From Shigella phage ESh4: a DNA stretch of 51,077 nucleotides. Shown here piece after piece: positions 8,327 through 16,981 of this stretch (its first letter is position 1; every line of letters begins with the position of its first letter). A program made the position numbers and the translations under genes. The notes under the pieces were generated by a model. The model was not told the DNA's origin and made no database searches. It was given only the letters and a program-made list of their open reading frames with translations. The stretch lies in sequence record ON528718; one strand, 5' to 3'.

Positions 8327-10171
8327 ATGGCAATTTACAGAACCGGACAAGCGTCAATGGACGCTCAAGGTTATATCACTGGATACGACACGAAATGGCG
8401 AGAGCAACTAACGCTCATTCGCCCTGGTGCAACAATCTTTTTCATTGATGCACCATTTCAAGCGGCTGTGATCAGTGAAGTTATCAGCGATACACAAATA
8501 CGCGCTATCACAACTGGCGGCGCTGAAATTGGTAGAAGCAACTACATTATTTTGCTGCATGACTCAATCACTGTTGATGGCCTGGCGCAAGATGTTGCGG
8601 AAACTCTTCGCTACTACCAAAGCAAAGAAACTAAGATCGAGGAAGCTATTGAATTTTTCAAAAACTTTGACCTAAAACACTTGGAAGATCTGGCTAATCA
8701 GGTTAAAGGTGATGCAGAGAAAACGGCAGATGATCGTGCTGCTACTGAACAACTGAAAAACGACACTCAACAGATAAAGGATTCTGCTGTTGCTGAAACA
8801 AACCAGATTAAAGTAGACACTGACGCAATCAAGGAGCAAACGCAACAGATTAAAGATTCTGCGATAACGGAAGTTAATTCCGCACGCGATCAAGGTGTTT
8901 TAGCTGTAAACCAGACTAAAGATCAGGCTGTTTCAGAAATGAATCAGATAAAGGGTGATGTTTCGAATCTGAAAAACGAAGCTATTTCAGCAAGGGATTC
9001 CGCACAGCAATACATGAATGGCGCTCAGGCTGCAAATAGCGCCGCTGAAACTGCAAAAAACGGAGCTGTTACTGCGCGAAATGAGGCTGAAGAATTTGCT
9101 AAAGGCCTTAACGCTGAAAATCTGCTTAGAAAAGATGCGAACCTTTCAGATCTGTCTAACGTTGAAATTGCTCGTAAAAACTTAAAAGTACAGTCCGTTT
9201 ATAGTAAAGATCCAGCGACTAATTCAGATCCAGGGGACTATAATTCTTTCAGAAATCCAAATGAGTCGTATGAACTACGAATATCAAATAACGGAAATTG
9301 GTTAGTGGCTAATAATCAAGATGATTCAGTTTCTGCGCTATCTATTGATGCAGGTGGTACTGGAGCGTCGAATGCTTCTGACGCAAGGAAAAATATTGGA
9401 TTAAGCAATACAGATCATGTTTCATTTGAAGGAGTTAACGCAGCAAACGGTTTCTCTTGTACCGTTAGATCTAGCCCGTGGAGTGTTGGATATGATAACG
9501 CGTCGTTTTCAGGTGGATTGATATTCAATAACGATCATGGTTACGTGCCTATAATTTACGGTGGAACACAATCTACATCAGGTTACAGATTAAGGATGGG
9601 GATGGGCGTCCTTCCAAGCGGGAATACAAGCTGGCCTATGGGATTGATTCAAATCCTCGGAGACGACACATACTGGCGCGTGTTTGCGCTAGGTTACGAT
9701 GGGAATCTTCAAACCTGGACTTCAGAATCAGGCGGATGGACTGGTTCTTACGATTTTGCAAAAAATCCAACGTCTGACAGAGATCTGAAAAAAGACATCG
9801 TTTATACGGATGGAAAAGAAAGTTACGATCGCGTAATGCAATGGCTTCCGACAATGTTTAAGTATAAGCGAGATGATGTTCAGCGTTACGGACTGATTGC
9901 TCAAGACATGTTAAAAATCGATCCTCAATATGTGAAACTTGTACAAGGATCACCAGTATTTGAGGATGTGATCGGGGTTGATGACAATGGTGAAGAATAC
10001 ATTGATCGTCAGATTGAAACTGACAGAAATGATGATACATTGGCGCTTGATAGCAACGTTATGCTAACTGATATGGCTTGCGCTATGGTTTACATGGGAG
10101 GAATGATCGAAAAACAGCAAAAGGAGATAGACGAATTAAAGGCGGCTGTTGCTGCACTGCTCAATAAATAA
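8327..10171 (+). CDS. tail fibre protein with C-terminal intramolecular chaperone (peptidase S74-like) domain
   Basis: Repeated ...QQIKDSA... fibrous segments; C-terminal region (DLKKDIVYTDG...YGLIAQDM...LDSNVMLTDMACAMVYM...coiled coil) resembles the autoproteolytic chaperone domain of T5 pb1/endosialidase; ATG 8327 with GGGAGA RBS. Confidence 0.65.
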   Translation: MAIYRTGQASMDAQGYITGYDTKWREQLTLIRPGATIFFIDAPFQAAVISEVISDTQIRAITTGGAEIGRSNYIILLHDSITVDGLAQDVAETLRYYQSKETKIEEAIEFFKNFDLKHLEDLANQVKGDAEKTADDRAATEQLKNDTQQIKDSAVAETNQIKVDTDAIKEQTQQIKDSAITEVNSARDQGVLAVNQTKDQAVSEMNQIKGDVSNLKNEAISARDSAQQYMNGAQAANSAAETAKNGAVTARNEAEEFAKGLNAENLLRKDANLSDLSNVEIARKNLKVQSVYSKDPATNSDPGDYNSFRNPNESYELRISNNGNWLVANNQDDSVSALSIDAGGTGASNASDARKNIGLSNTDHVSFEGVNAANGFSCTVRSSPWSVGYDNASFSGGLIFNNDHGYVPIIYGGTQSTSGYRLRMGMGVLPSGNTSWPMGLIQILGDDTYWRVFALGYDGNLQTWTSESGGWTGSYDFAKNPTSDRDLKKDIVYTDGKESYDRVMQWLPTMFKYKRDDVQRYGLIAQDMLKIDPQYVKLVQGSPVFEDVIGVDDNGEEYIDRQIETDRNDDTLALDSNVMLTDMACAMVYMGGMIEKQQKEIDELKAAVAALLNK

Positions 10172-10186
10172 CAATATTTTTAACTC

Positions 10187-10212
10187 AAGCGCGGCTCATG
10201 CTGCGCTTTTTT
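10187..10212 (+). terminator. rho-independent terminator after tail fibre gene
   Basis: AAGCGC...GCGCTT hairpin followed by TTTTTT. Confidence 0.6.
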
Positions 10213-10349
10213 CGCCTTTATGCCAGTTGCTTACATATCGCTTACAAATGTTTTATATCTATTCCTGACAGTTAGGCGCATACTCTTTGTCGTAACATAA
10301 ATGTTGCAAACTTTTTTTTAATTTTTTTAACGTCAAAGAGGAATTTACT

Positions 10350-11048
10350 ATGTCAGATATGACTTTACTCCCTACTGGTGGTGGTTTTGGTGGCGAAGCT
10401 GGCGCGGCTGGTCTTGGCGGTGCTGTTGGCGGCCTGATTGGGTCATGGTTTGGTAACGGCTTTAATGGTCGTGGTGGTTATGGTGGTGATGGTGCGGCTG
10501 TTGCTGTCGGTGCTAACGCTGTTCTTGATGGTATTAATAACATCCAGACGGGTGTAAACAACCTGGGTCTGCAAACTCTGCAAGGCCAAAACTCCACAAA
10601 CCTTGCCGTTGAGCGCTCCGCCGCATCAACCTTTAACGGCATTACCAGCCAGAATACGCAAAACCTGCTTGCATCGGTGCAAGGCTTCGCCGGACTGAAT
10701 ACCGCGATTGTTAGCGGTACTAACCAGACGGTTGCTGCGATTAATGCTGCTGATGTTAATGCTCTTGAACGTTCCTATCAGGCACAGATTGCAGCGGAGA
10801 GATGTTGCTGCGAGACTAACCTGAACATTGAGCGGCAAGGTAACGCAACGCGAGATCTGATTCGCCAACAGTTTGCTGATTCTCAGGCTGTTTTGATTTG
10901 CGATATGAAAGCTCAGTTGCAGGAGGCTCGTTTTGCTCTTTCTCAGGCAAACCAGACCGCCGCGCTGAATTGCAAAATCAACCAGGTCGAGCAACTGGTA
11001 AACTTCAAGTTGCCTACTCCTCAGACTCCGCCTACTGGCTGTTGCTGA
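10350..11048 (+). CDS. glycine-rich protein with Cys-rich C-terminus
   Basis: N-terminal 80 aa almost pure Gly/Ala (GGGFGGEAGAAGLGG...), central Q/N/T-rich segment, CCC and terminal GCC motifs; AAGAGGA RBS. Confidence 0.5.
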   Translation: MSDMTLLPTGGGFGGEAGAAGLGGAVGGLIGSWFGNGFNGRGGYGGDGAAVAVGANAVLDGINNIQTGVNNLGLQTLQGQNSTNLAVERSAASTFNGITSQNTQNLLASVQGFAGLNTAIVSGTNQTVAAINAADVNALERSYQAQIAAERCCCETNLNIERQGNATRDLIRQQFADSQAVLICDMKAQLQEARFALSQANQTAALNCKINQVEQLVNFKLPTPQTPPTGCC

Positions 11049-11100
11049 TGCTAATAAATCAAGCGCCTTTCGGGGCGCTTTTTTATAAGGGGATATACTC

Positions 11101-11424
11101 ATGAAAATTCGTGTCGCTGGCTATCATTTACCGCGCGTGCATTTGCCGCGAGTAGTAATTGGAGGGAATGGCTATGATGGAGATTATGAACGAGATCATG
11201 AACATGATTCAGTTATGGGAAGTGTTATTGAAAGAACTAAGCACTATCCTAAAACCTGGGACGCGCACATTGACAAGCCAGGCGGCTTAATGTCGATTGT
11301 AGAAATGGAATACAAAGAGCTAATGACCGAAAAGGCAGACGGCTCGCATCATGGCATTGAGAAAGAATTAACCGATCTTGCTGCCGCTTGTATCTGCGCA
11401 TTGCGTAAAATGAAATCAATGTAA
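11101..11424 (+). CDS. hypothetical protein (possible MazG-like acidic motif, weak)
   Basis: ORF with GGGGA RBS; EMEYKE / EKELTD acidic motifs only weakly suggestive. Confidence 0.4.
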   Translation: MKIRVAGYHLPRVHLPRVVIGGNGYDGDYERDHEHDSVMGSVIERTKHYPKTWDAHIDKPGGLMSIVEMEYKELMTEKADGSHHGIEKELTDLAAACICALRKMKSM

Positions 11425-11438
11425 CAAGGTGAACCGAT

Positions 11439-11930
11439 ATGCAAAACATTAATCAAAATGGCGCTGGAGTGACTCAATTCAACGGGATGAGGCCGAAACA
11501 AATCATTGAGATTGGAGGCGTTAAATGGTCGTTACGGCGTGATGCTACTGATTCATCAATGGCGTTTCCTCACCAGAAAGTAAACTGGCTTAACGCTGGA
11601 TGTGAACCTCTTGACGGCAACATTCATTATTGTTGGATAATGGGCGTAATTGCGCCAAATATGGGTACTCTTGAGCGTCCGGCTAATGTGATGTATATCG
11701 GTTTTCATCAACAGAGGATCATGATCGCACCAAATAGCGTTACTGTTGCAGATCTAGACAGGATGCATGTTTATGTAAGCGATAGCTCAAATTTTGTTGG
11801 TGAGTTTGTAGGAAAGTTTTTAGGAATTGAACCTGAAAAGCCAGTAGCAGAAAGGGAATCAATTAGCCCGTGGCCTGTAATGCCAGAACAGCAATCAACT
11901 CCTGAAGGAAAAGAAAATGACGAAAATTGA
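11439..11930 (+). CDS. hypothetical protein (163 aa)
   Basis: ORF with AAGGTGA RBS. Confidence 0.5.
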   Translation: MQNINQNGAGVTQFNGMRPKQIIEIGGVKWSLRRDATDSSMAFPHQKVNWLNAGCEPLDGNIHYCWIMGVIAPNMGTLERPANVMYIGFHQQRIMIAPNSVTVADLDRMHVYVSDSSNFVGEFVGKFLGIEPEKPVAERESISPWPVMPEQQSTPEGKENDEN

Positions 11931-12174
11931 AGGAATTGATCAGGTAGTTAAAGACCTGTCAGAGAGAGCGCATACAATAGCTGATGAGGGTCATTCGCCA
12001 ATATCAATAATGAAATCAGCAATGTCAGATTTTAACGGGCTTGGAAGTATGAGCGGAATGTTGTCAATAATGACCACTGGAAAACTTAACGCTCATCAAA
12101 CTGAACTTGCAAAGCGAATTGCTGTTAAGGTTATTGCCGTGCTTGGGATGGCTGAAAGTGAAAAAGGGGCGTAA
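11917..12174 (+). CDS. hypothetical protein (85 aa)
   Basis: ORF overlapping previous stop; ends in loop of terminator 12161-12186. Confidence 0.5.
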   Translation: MTKIEGIDQVVKDLSERAHTIADEGHSPISIMKSAMSDFNGLGSMSGMLSIMTTGKLNAHQTELAKRIAVKVIAVLGMAESEKGA

Positions 12175-12186
12175 TGCCCCTTTTTT
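12161..12186. terminator. bidirectional intrinsic terminator
   Basis: AAAAA-GGGGC-GTAAT-GCCCC-TTTTTT between convergent genes. Confidence 0.7.
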
Positions 12187-12625
12187 ATGCGTTTAACCCT
12201 TCTCCGTTATCTCTATGCCATTGCTTATGGTGTGCTTGGCATAACCATCTAACTGATAAAGGTTTGCTGTAATCGTCATGGTGTGCAACTGATTTTTCAC
12301 TACCGCAAATTTCACACGGTGATTTTTCCACCTTCCCATCACGTAATGCGTTATTCAATGCATTGTGTGCCTTATACTTTCCTGGAAATTTATTTCTCCA
12401 TTGTTTTAAATATTCTTTGTCTTGCCGGTTTCCTCTTTTTTTATCGTAATCTCTTTTTTCATCTATGTTATCCCATCTGTTTTTTGTGACATCTTTTTTT
12501 GTACATTCTTTGCACTTATTTAAGTGTCCATCAGCCATCCGTTTATGCTTATAAAATTCTTTAAGGGGCTTTACAGCCCCGCATTTAAAGCATTTCTTAA
12601 AGCGCATAGATTCGATGTTTTCCAT
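12185..12625 (-). CDS. HNH homing endonuclease
   Basis: N-terminal Cys pairs (CFKCG...CKEC) and HNH core (CEICG...VAHHDDYSKPL...WLCQAHH). Confidence 0.75.
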   Translation of the reverse strand: MENIESMRFKKCFKCGAVKPLKEFYKHKRMADGHLNKCKECTKKDVTKNRWDNIDEKRDYDKKRGNRQDKEYLKQWRNKFPGKYKAHNALNNALRDGKVEKSPCEICGSEKSVAHHDDYSKPLSVRWLCQAHHKQWHRDNGEGLNA

Positions 12626-13094
12626 ATTGCAATCCTACACTAGCAAAAGGGATGTCGTCGTCAAAGTCCATAGGAGGCTGATTGCTTTGTCTTGGCTGTT
12701 GCGGTTGTTGCGGTTGATTCTGTTGTTGTGGCTGGCCCCATCCTCCTTGAGTTCGCTGCTGATATTGTTGCTGGCTTTCCCCACGCTGACTGAAGATAAG
12801 ATTTGCAAATCCTCCTGGCATTAAGCTTGAATACATCTTTCCGTTATATTCACGCGTCTCAATGCGCAGCGTGTCGCAAGATACAGAAATAACCTTGCCA
12901 ACCTGGAACGCCTCATCATACCAACCATTAAGTCCGTCAGTTTTCGCATTAAAAAAGAAACTGTAGTTTGTATATTGCCAGTTTCCATCTTTATCTTTGT
13001 ATCGCTCTGAAAGTTCAACCACATAAAGTGTGCTTCCGTTAGGCATTTGCTTTACTCGCGGCTCTTTTCTGATCTCACCAGTAATAATATGCAT
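12597..13094 (-). CDS. ssb: single-stranded DNA-binding protein (SSB) with 15-aa C-terminal extension
   Basis: OB-fold-like N-terminus, Gly/Gln/Pro-rich linker, canonical acidic tip DFDDDIPF, but ORF continues ASVGLQYGKHRIYAL into the HNH gene; AGGAGA RBS. Confidence 0.8.
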   Translation of the reverse strand: MHIITGEIRKEPRVKQMPNGSTLYVVELSERYKDKDGNWQYTNYSFFFNAKTDGLNGWYDEAFQVGKVISVSCDTLRIETREYNGKMYSSLMPGGFANLIFSQRGESQQQYQQRTQGGWGQPQQQNQPQQPQQPRQSNQPPMDFDDDIPFASVGLQYGKHRIYAL

Positions 13095-13138
13095 TATTTA
13101 TTCTCCTGTAAGAAAGGGGCGCAAGCGCCCCATGTCAA

Positions 13139-13795
13139 TTATTCAAAATCAGTGATACTTTGTGATTTTACTTGCTCGTCGTTTTTTGTGTCAACGTCTT
13201 GAGCGGCGAGATTTTGCTTTGGTTGCGCTGGATTAAATCCTCGTGCTTTTCCGATCTCAAGCTCTGCTTTGCGTTTTTCGTAATGCTCTTTAATTACCTG
13301 CTTGCTTGCCGGATCGCTTGCCTTCCATGCTGATTTGAGCACTTCTTGTAATTCGTTTACGCTTTCACATTTCTCAATGTCACGCTTCCAGTCATTTGCA
13401 GATTTAACGGCAATCTGTGCGTCATCGTCTGCCTGGCTTAATCCAAATGCGGCTGCGGCTGCATAACGACGAGCATATGTGAATGCAGATCCGACGCCTT
13501 GAGGATCGTTTTTAACTATTGGTAATTCAGCATAGAATTTAACCCACTGACCGGAAACATGCAGGACTGTAGTTTCAACCTTGATTCGGTTAGGTTGTTC
13601 GCTTTCAATCATATCCTGCATCAACATTAGCTCGTTATCGTTGAGTGCTGGAGTGATTGCATCAAGTACGGCATCAAGTGTTGCGTAACGGTTTTTAAGG
13701 TGCGTGTTTTGCTTATCCTTCTTCACCTTTACAAACAAACTGCGCGCCTTATGCAGTGCTGGCAAAACCTTGTCGAATTGCTCTGATAGTTTCAT
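13139..13795 (-). CDS. single-strand annealing recombinase (Erf-like)
   Basis: [18 protein letters not shown] motif and position between exonuclease and SSB. Confidence 0.55.
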   Translation of the reverse strand: MKLSEQFDKVLPALHKARSLFVKVKKDKQNTHLKNRYATLDAVLDAITPALNDNELMLMQDMIESEQPNRIKVETTVLHVSGQWVKFYAELPIVKNDPQGVGSAFTYARRYAAAAAFGLSQADDDAQIAVKSANDWKRDIEKCESVNELQEVLKSAWKASDPASKQVIKEHYEKRKAELEIGKARGFNPAQPKQNLAAQDVDTKNDEQVKSQSITDFE

Positions 13796-13840
13796 GATTA
13801 ATTCCCGTAATTAATGGCGGCTTTCGCCGCCTTATTGCTG

Positions 13841-14119
13841 TTAGTGCTTTGTTTCTTCTTTGGTGTGTAATTTAATCAGATTTTCCATCATGCGATCAGA
13901 ACTTTCTTTTACCGCCTTGATTGCTTCATCGTTGTCTTCGCTCATTGTTGCAATAAGTACGACGTTATCGACCGCATCAATTACTTTTCTGATGTACTCC
14001 ATTTCTTCTTCGCCTGCAGTTGGATCAAGTGGCGCCACAAAGTCACGAAGCAACATAGCCATGCCAGTTGCAAAATTGTTGATATGAACTGCCACCTCTG
14101 ACACTTGCTTGTTTTCCAT
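13841..14119 (-). CDS. hypothetical protein (92 aa)
   Basis: ORF with GAGGAA RBS; extended -10 TGTTATAAT about 40 nt upstream. Confidence 0.5.
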   Translation of the reverse strand: MENKQVSEVAVHINNFATGMAMLLRDFVAPLDPTAGEEEMEYIRKVIDAVDNVVLIATMSEDNDEAIKAVKESSDRMMENLIKLHTKEETKH

Positions 14120-14157
14120 GTTTATTTCCTCACGCTTGTTGTTAACTTATGCAGTGA

Positions 14158-14166
14158 ATTATAACA
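14158..14166 (-). promoter_or_regulatory. extended -10 element (TGTTATAAT)
   Basis: TGnTATAAT on minus strand upstream of ORF 13841-14119. Confidence 0.35.
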
Positions 14167-14200
14167 CCGCATTTTTCATTTGTTTAGCTATTTGTGCTGT

Positions 14201-15262
14201 TTAAATAAGATATTGCTTAAACTGGCGGCGCACCCAATCAGGAGTATCAAGGCAAACCTCAGGCTCACCGTTTGAATACGAAGGCCAAACGTCATGTTGC
14301 TGGCACATGGCAAACTGGTTAATCACGCTCATGTACTGAATGCGCCCGATCTTCAACTGCTCGCTATTCATGCGGAAAGCCAACGGCAAATAAGGTTCTT
14401 TCTTCTCTTGCGCTAACAGTCGCACAACTATAGGTCGCTTTTCTTCTGGATACGCTTTTCTGAATAAATCACATTGCAACGCCATTTTCAAATAATAGCC
14501 GTGATTGTAAGCCAGGCGCATAAACTCAGCCGGATTCGCGCTCATTGTTGTTTTGTAGTCAGTAATCACAATCGCCTCTGGATAAATAATATCGCGGCAA
14601 ATCGGTTGACCTTTTTCATCGTAACCATCAATCAGAGTTGCTGTCACGTTCTTTGTTACGTCAACGTGATCGCATCGCACTTTGACTTTTACGCCGTTGA
14701 TTTCACCGAACAACGATAATTCACGTTGTGCTGTCTTGCTATTCATACATGCGTTATGTTCCGGTATTGATTCCAGAACCTGGCGCATTGCCACGCACGA
14801 ATCGTAATCTTTAGCCTCGATTAACTGAACCCCATCGGCCCTAGCCTGGCTTTCTGCGATCATGTCGATTAACCACATGACGTTAAGGTCTTCTCCGCAG
14901 TCAACCATCATTTTTATAAGTTCTGGGTAAGTCTTTCCGGTTGTACCTTTCAGGCCAAATGATTTCAGCTTTGCAGCAAGCGCCGTTTGGCTGGTTATCA
15001 GATCCTTAAAGTCTTCTGGCGCTGGCGCACGGCGATAGGTTTTTTCGAAAAGCTCCTTGCTTTCAAAGTTGGTATGCGACTGCGTACCAAAAACTAGCGC
15101 CTTGCTCTTATCGTCACGAGGCTTGAACTTCCACGCTGCCGGGCATGTGCTGTAAATCTCTGCCAGGCTTGAACCGCTAACATAATCAGCCGTCCACGCT
15201 TCTGGATCGTGATAAAGCTCGTTGCTCATTTCTTCGCTGGTGTACGCCATAAACTTATTCAT
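14201..15262 (-). CDS. PD-(D/E)xK family recombination exonuclease
   Basis: D...ITDYKT core typical of RecB/YqaJ-like nucleases; first gene of leftward recombination operon. Confidence 0.65.
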   Translation of the reverse strand: MNKFMAYTSEEMSNELYHDPEAWTADYVSGSSLAEIYSTCPAAWKFKPRDDKSKALVFGTQSHTNFESKELFEKTYRRAPAPEDFKDLITSQTALAAKLKSFGLKGTTGKTYPELIKMMVDCGEDLNVMWLIDMIAESQARADGVQLIEAKDYDSCVAMRQVLESIPEHNACMNSKTAQRELSLFGEINGVKVKVRCDHVDVTKNVTATLIDGYDEKGQPICRDIIYPEAIVITDYKTTMSANPAEFMRLAYNHGYYLKMALQCDLFRKAYPEEKRPIVVRLLAQEKKEPYLPLAFRMNSEQLKIGRIQYMSVINQFAMCQQHDVWPSYSNGEPEVCLDTPDWVRRQFKQYLI

Positions 15263-15291
15263 GATTTGCCCTCGTTTGTTGGTATGCCTGC

Positions 15292-15319
15292 ATTTTAGCT
15301 ATTTAATGCGTTTAGTCAA
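15292..15319 (-). promoter_or_regulatory. sigma70-like promoter (TTGACT-16-TAAAAT)
   Basis: Good -35/-10 pair 30 nt upstream of exonuclease start. Confidence 0.5.
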
Positions 15320-15429
15320 CAGTTATTTTGTTTTTTCTGTTCTAACAACGTTCCAGACGAATCGAATAACAAAATTTACATGTAAGTGATTGATAAATAT
15401 CTTTGTTGTCTTTTTGTTCCCTTGTTCCT

Positions 15430-15620
15430 CCGTTTGCGCCGGATATAGATATATAGACACACACAAACACTGACACATACACAACCACATAAAAATTACC
15501 AGGCACACAAAATCACACAAAACATAGATAACAAGAAAAAAACAAATATAAATATATATACTACTAACTTATTGATTTATATGTATGTATATATATTTAT
15601 CTGTATGTATAGCGCTCTAT
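15430..15620. repeat. low-complexity CA-rich then TA/TG-rich tract
   Basis: acacacaaacactgacacatacacaaccacata... followed by tatgtatgtatatatatttatctgtatgtata; non-coding divergent junction. Confidence 0.7.
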
Positions 15621-15690
15621 TGATGTTCACTTTTTGAGCTAAATTTAAGCCTCCGCAGATTTGAGAACACTGGAGAACAAAAAGAACAGA

Positions 15691-15733
15691 ATAGCACTTT
15701 TTGCTAAACGCCTACCGTAAGATCATGTATAGT
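15691..15733 (+). promoter_or_regulatory. conserved promoter-like unit (variant TTGCTA)
   Basis: ATAGCACTTTTTGCTAAAC + 21 bp + TATAGT, 32 nt upstream of ORF 15765. Confidence 0.5.
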
Positions 15734-15764
15734 TGCAACTAACAACAACGAAGGAGAAACCAAG

Positions 15765-15995
15765 ATGAAAAAATTAATCGCTGTTTTGATTGCGGCCGTA
15801 ACCCTGACTGGTTGTGCAAATAACCTGAAAAACGGAGACTGTGTTACTTACGCTTACGGATCCTGCATGATGCGCTTTGTTGATGGTAATAAAGTTCCAG
15901 CAGGAGAGATTGATATGCGATTCAAAGGGCTTTCGTCTGACGATAACCAGGGCAATTTCAGTGGTAAGGTATCTGTTAAATCTAGGGAGTGGTGA
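15765..15995 (+). CDS. small lipoprotein (possible Cor/Llp-like superinfection exclusion protein)
   Basis: Signal peptide with lipobox LTGC (MKKLIAVLIAAVTLTGC); 76 aa; located beside tail/host-range genes. Confidence 0.5.
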   Translation: MKKLIAVLIAAVTLTGCANNLKNGDCVTYAYGSCMMRFVDGNKVPAGEIDMRFKGLSSDDNQGNFSGKVSVKSREW

Positions 15996-15998
15996 TTC

Positions 15999-16955
15999 AT
16001 GGGGCATGGTATATATATAAATTTAAATGATGGGCGACCAGCAATGGAAATAACATCAGGATTGCGAGCACCATCATATTGTGGGGCAATACAGGCCGAC
16101 GGTGTTGACTCATCTGGCTCTGTTTTTGATTTCGGCTTACAAATGAGTCCTGGATCTAGCGCTTTTTGCCTTCCATCTCAGGCCGTTTATATTGACGATA
16201 TGGAATACATTCCAGAGGTTTATTATTTAACCAGCTTCCAAAAGGTTAATGATTCAGTAGGCAGAATAACCGTTGGAAACTTTAACGGTAGCGGCGGTCG
16301 CAGGATGAGGTTTTACGGAAATTGCTACGAAATATTACCAGCAAGCACGTATAATCAGGGGATGCTTGTAAGTGATTCAACTGATTTTTCGGCAATACCA
16401 AATAACGCGAGATTGATGAGCGCCGCATTCGTTGGTGGGATTAATGTTAATGGGTATGCTCAACTTCCAGTACCAGGAATCCCATTTGGAATGTGGGATA
16501 ATCCGAATGTGACGCTTGAATCTGATGGTAATGGAATATGGTGTCGTGATGCTAACTATAATGGTACTGATGATGTTGCTGGCAGCACATACGTTCAGTT
16601 GGTGATATTTAATAACACTCCGCCACCACCAGGACCAGGAATAACAATGAGTAATGCCTCCGGTCAGATAGTATTTTCAAGCGTTAGACGTCCATTTGTT
16701 CTTGCTGGGTTTATGGGTATTAGTGATACATGGCAGTGGTGCGGAGGTTTTTTTCCAATAATGAGAACCGGAACAATATGCAGGGTTGTCGGTGGATACA
16801 ACAACATAAGATATAAAGGTGTGTGCATGAGTGGAGGTAATGTCAGGTCATCTCCAGGCACAAGAGTTGGTAACTATTCAACTCAAGGCGGAGCAAACTT
16901 TCCATTCAATATAAATATTTCAATGCCAATACCATTTACTCCAAATATGTATTAA
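15999..16955 (+). CDS. hypothetical protein (318 aa, Gly/Asn/Ser-rich, PPPPGPG motif)
   Basis: ORF immediately after lipoprotein gene; ends at bidirectional terminator. Confidence 0.5.
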   Translation: MGHGIYINLNDGRPAMEITSGLRAPSYCGAIQADGVDSSGSVFDFGLQMSPGSSAFCLPSQAVYIDDMEYIPEVYYLTSFQKVNDSVGRITVGNFNGSGGRRMRFYGNCYEILPASTYNQGMLVSDSTDFSAIPNNARLMSAAFVGGINVNGYAQLPVPGIPFGMWDNPNVTLESDGNGIWCRDANYNGTDDVAGSTYVQLVIFNNTPPPPGPGITMSNASGQIVFSSVRRPFVLAGFMGISDTWQWCGGFFPIMRTGTICRVVGGYNNIRYKGVCMSGGNVRSSPGTRVGNYSTQGGANFPFNINISMPIPFTPNMY

Positions 16956-16978
16956 AAAAGGGGGCAATAGCCCCCTTT
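16954..16978. terminator. bidirectional intrinsic terminator
   Basis: AAAAAA-GGGGGC-AATA-GCCCCC-TTTAAA between convergent 15999-16955 and J. Confidence 0.6.
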
Positions 16979-16981
16979 AAA

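Noticed and set aside
15323-15520. Track ORF (65 aa) inside the CA-rich low-complexity region
   Set aside because: Cys/Leu-rich translation of simple-sequence DNA, no RBS, lies in a divergent non-coding junction; treated as spurious.
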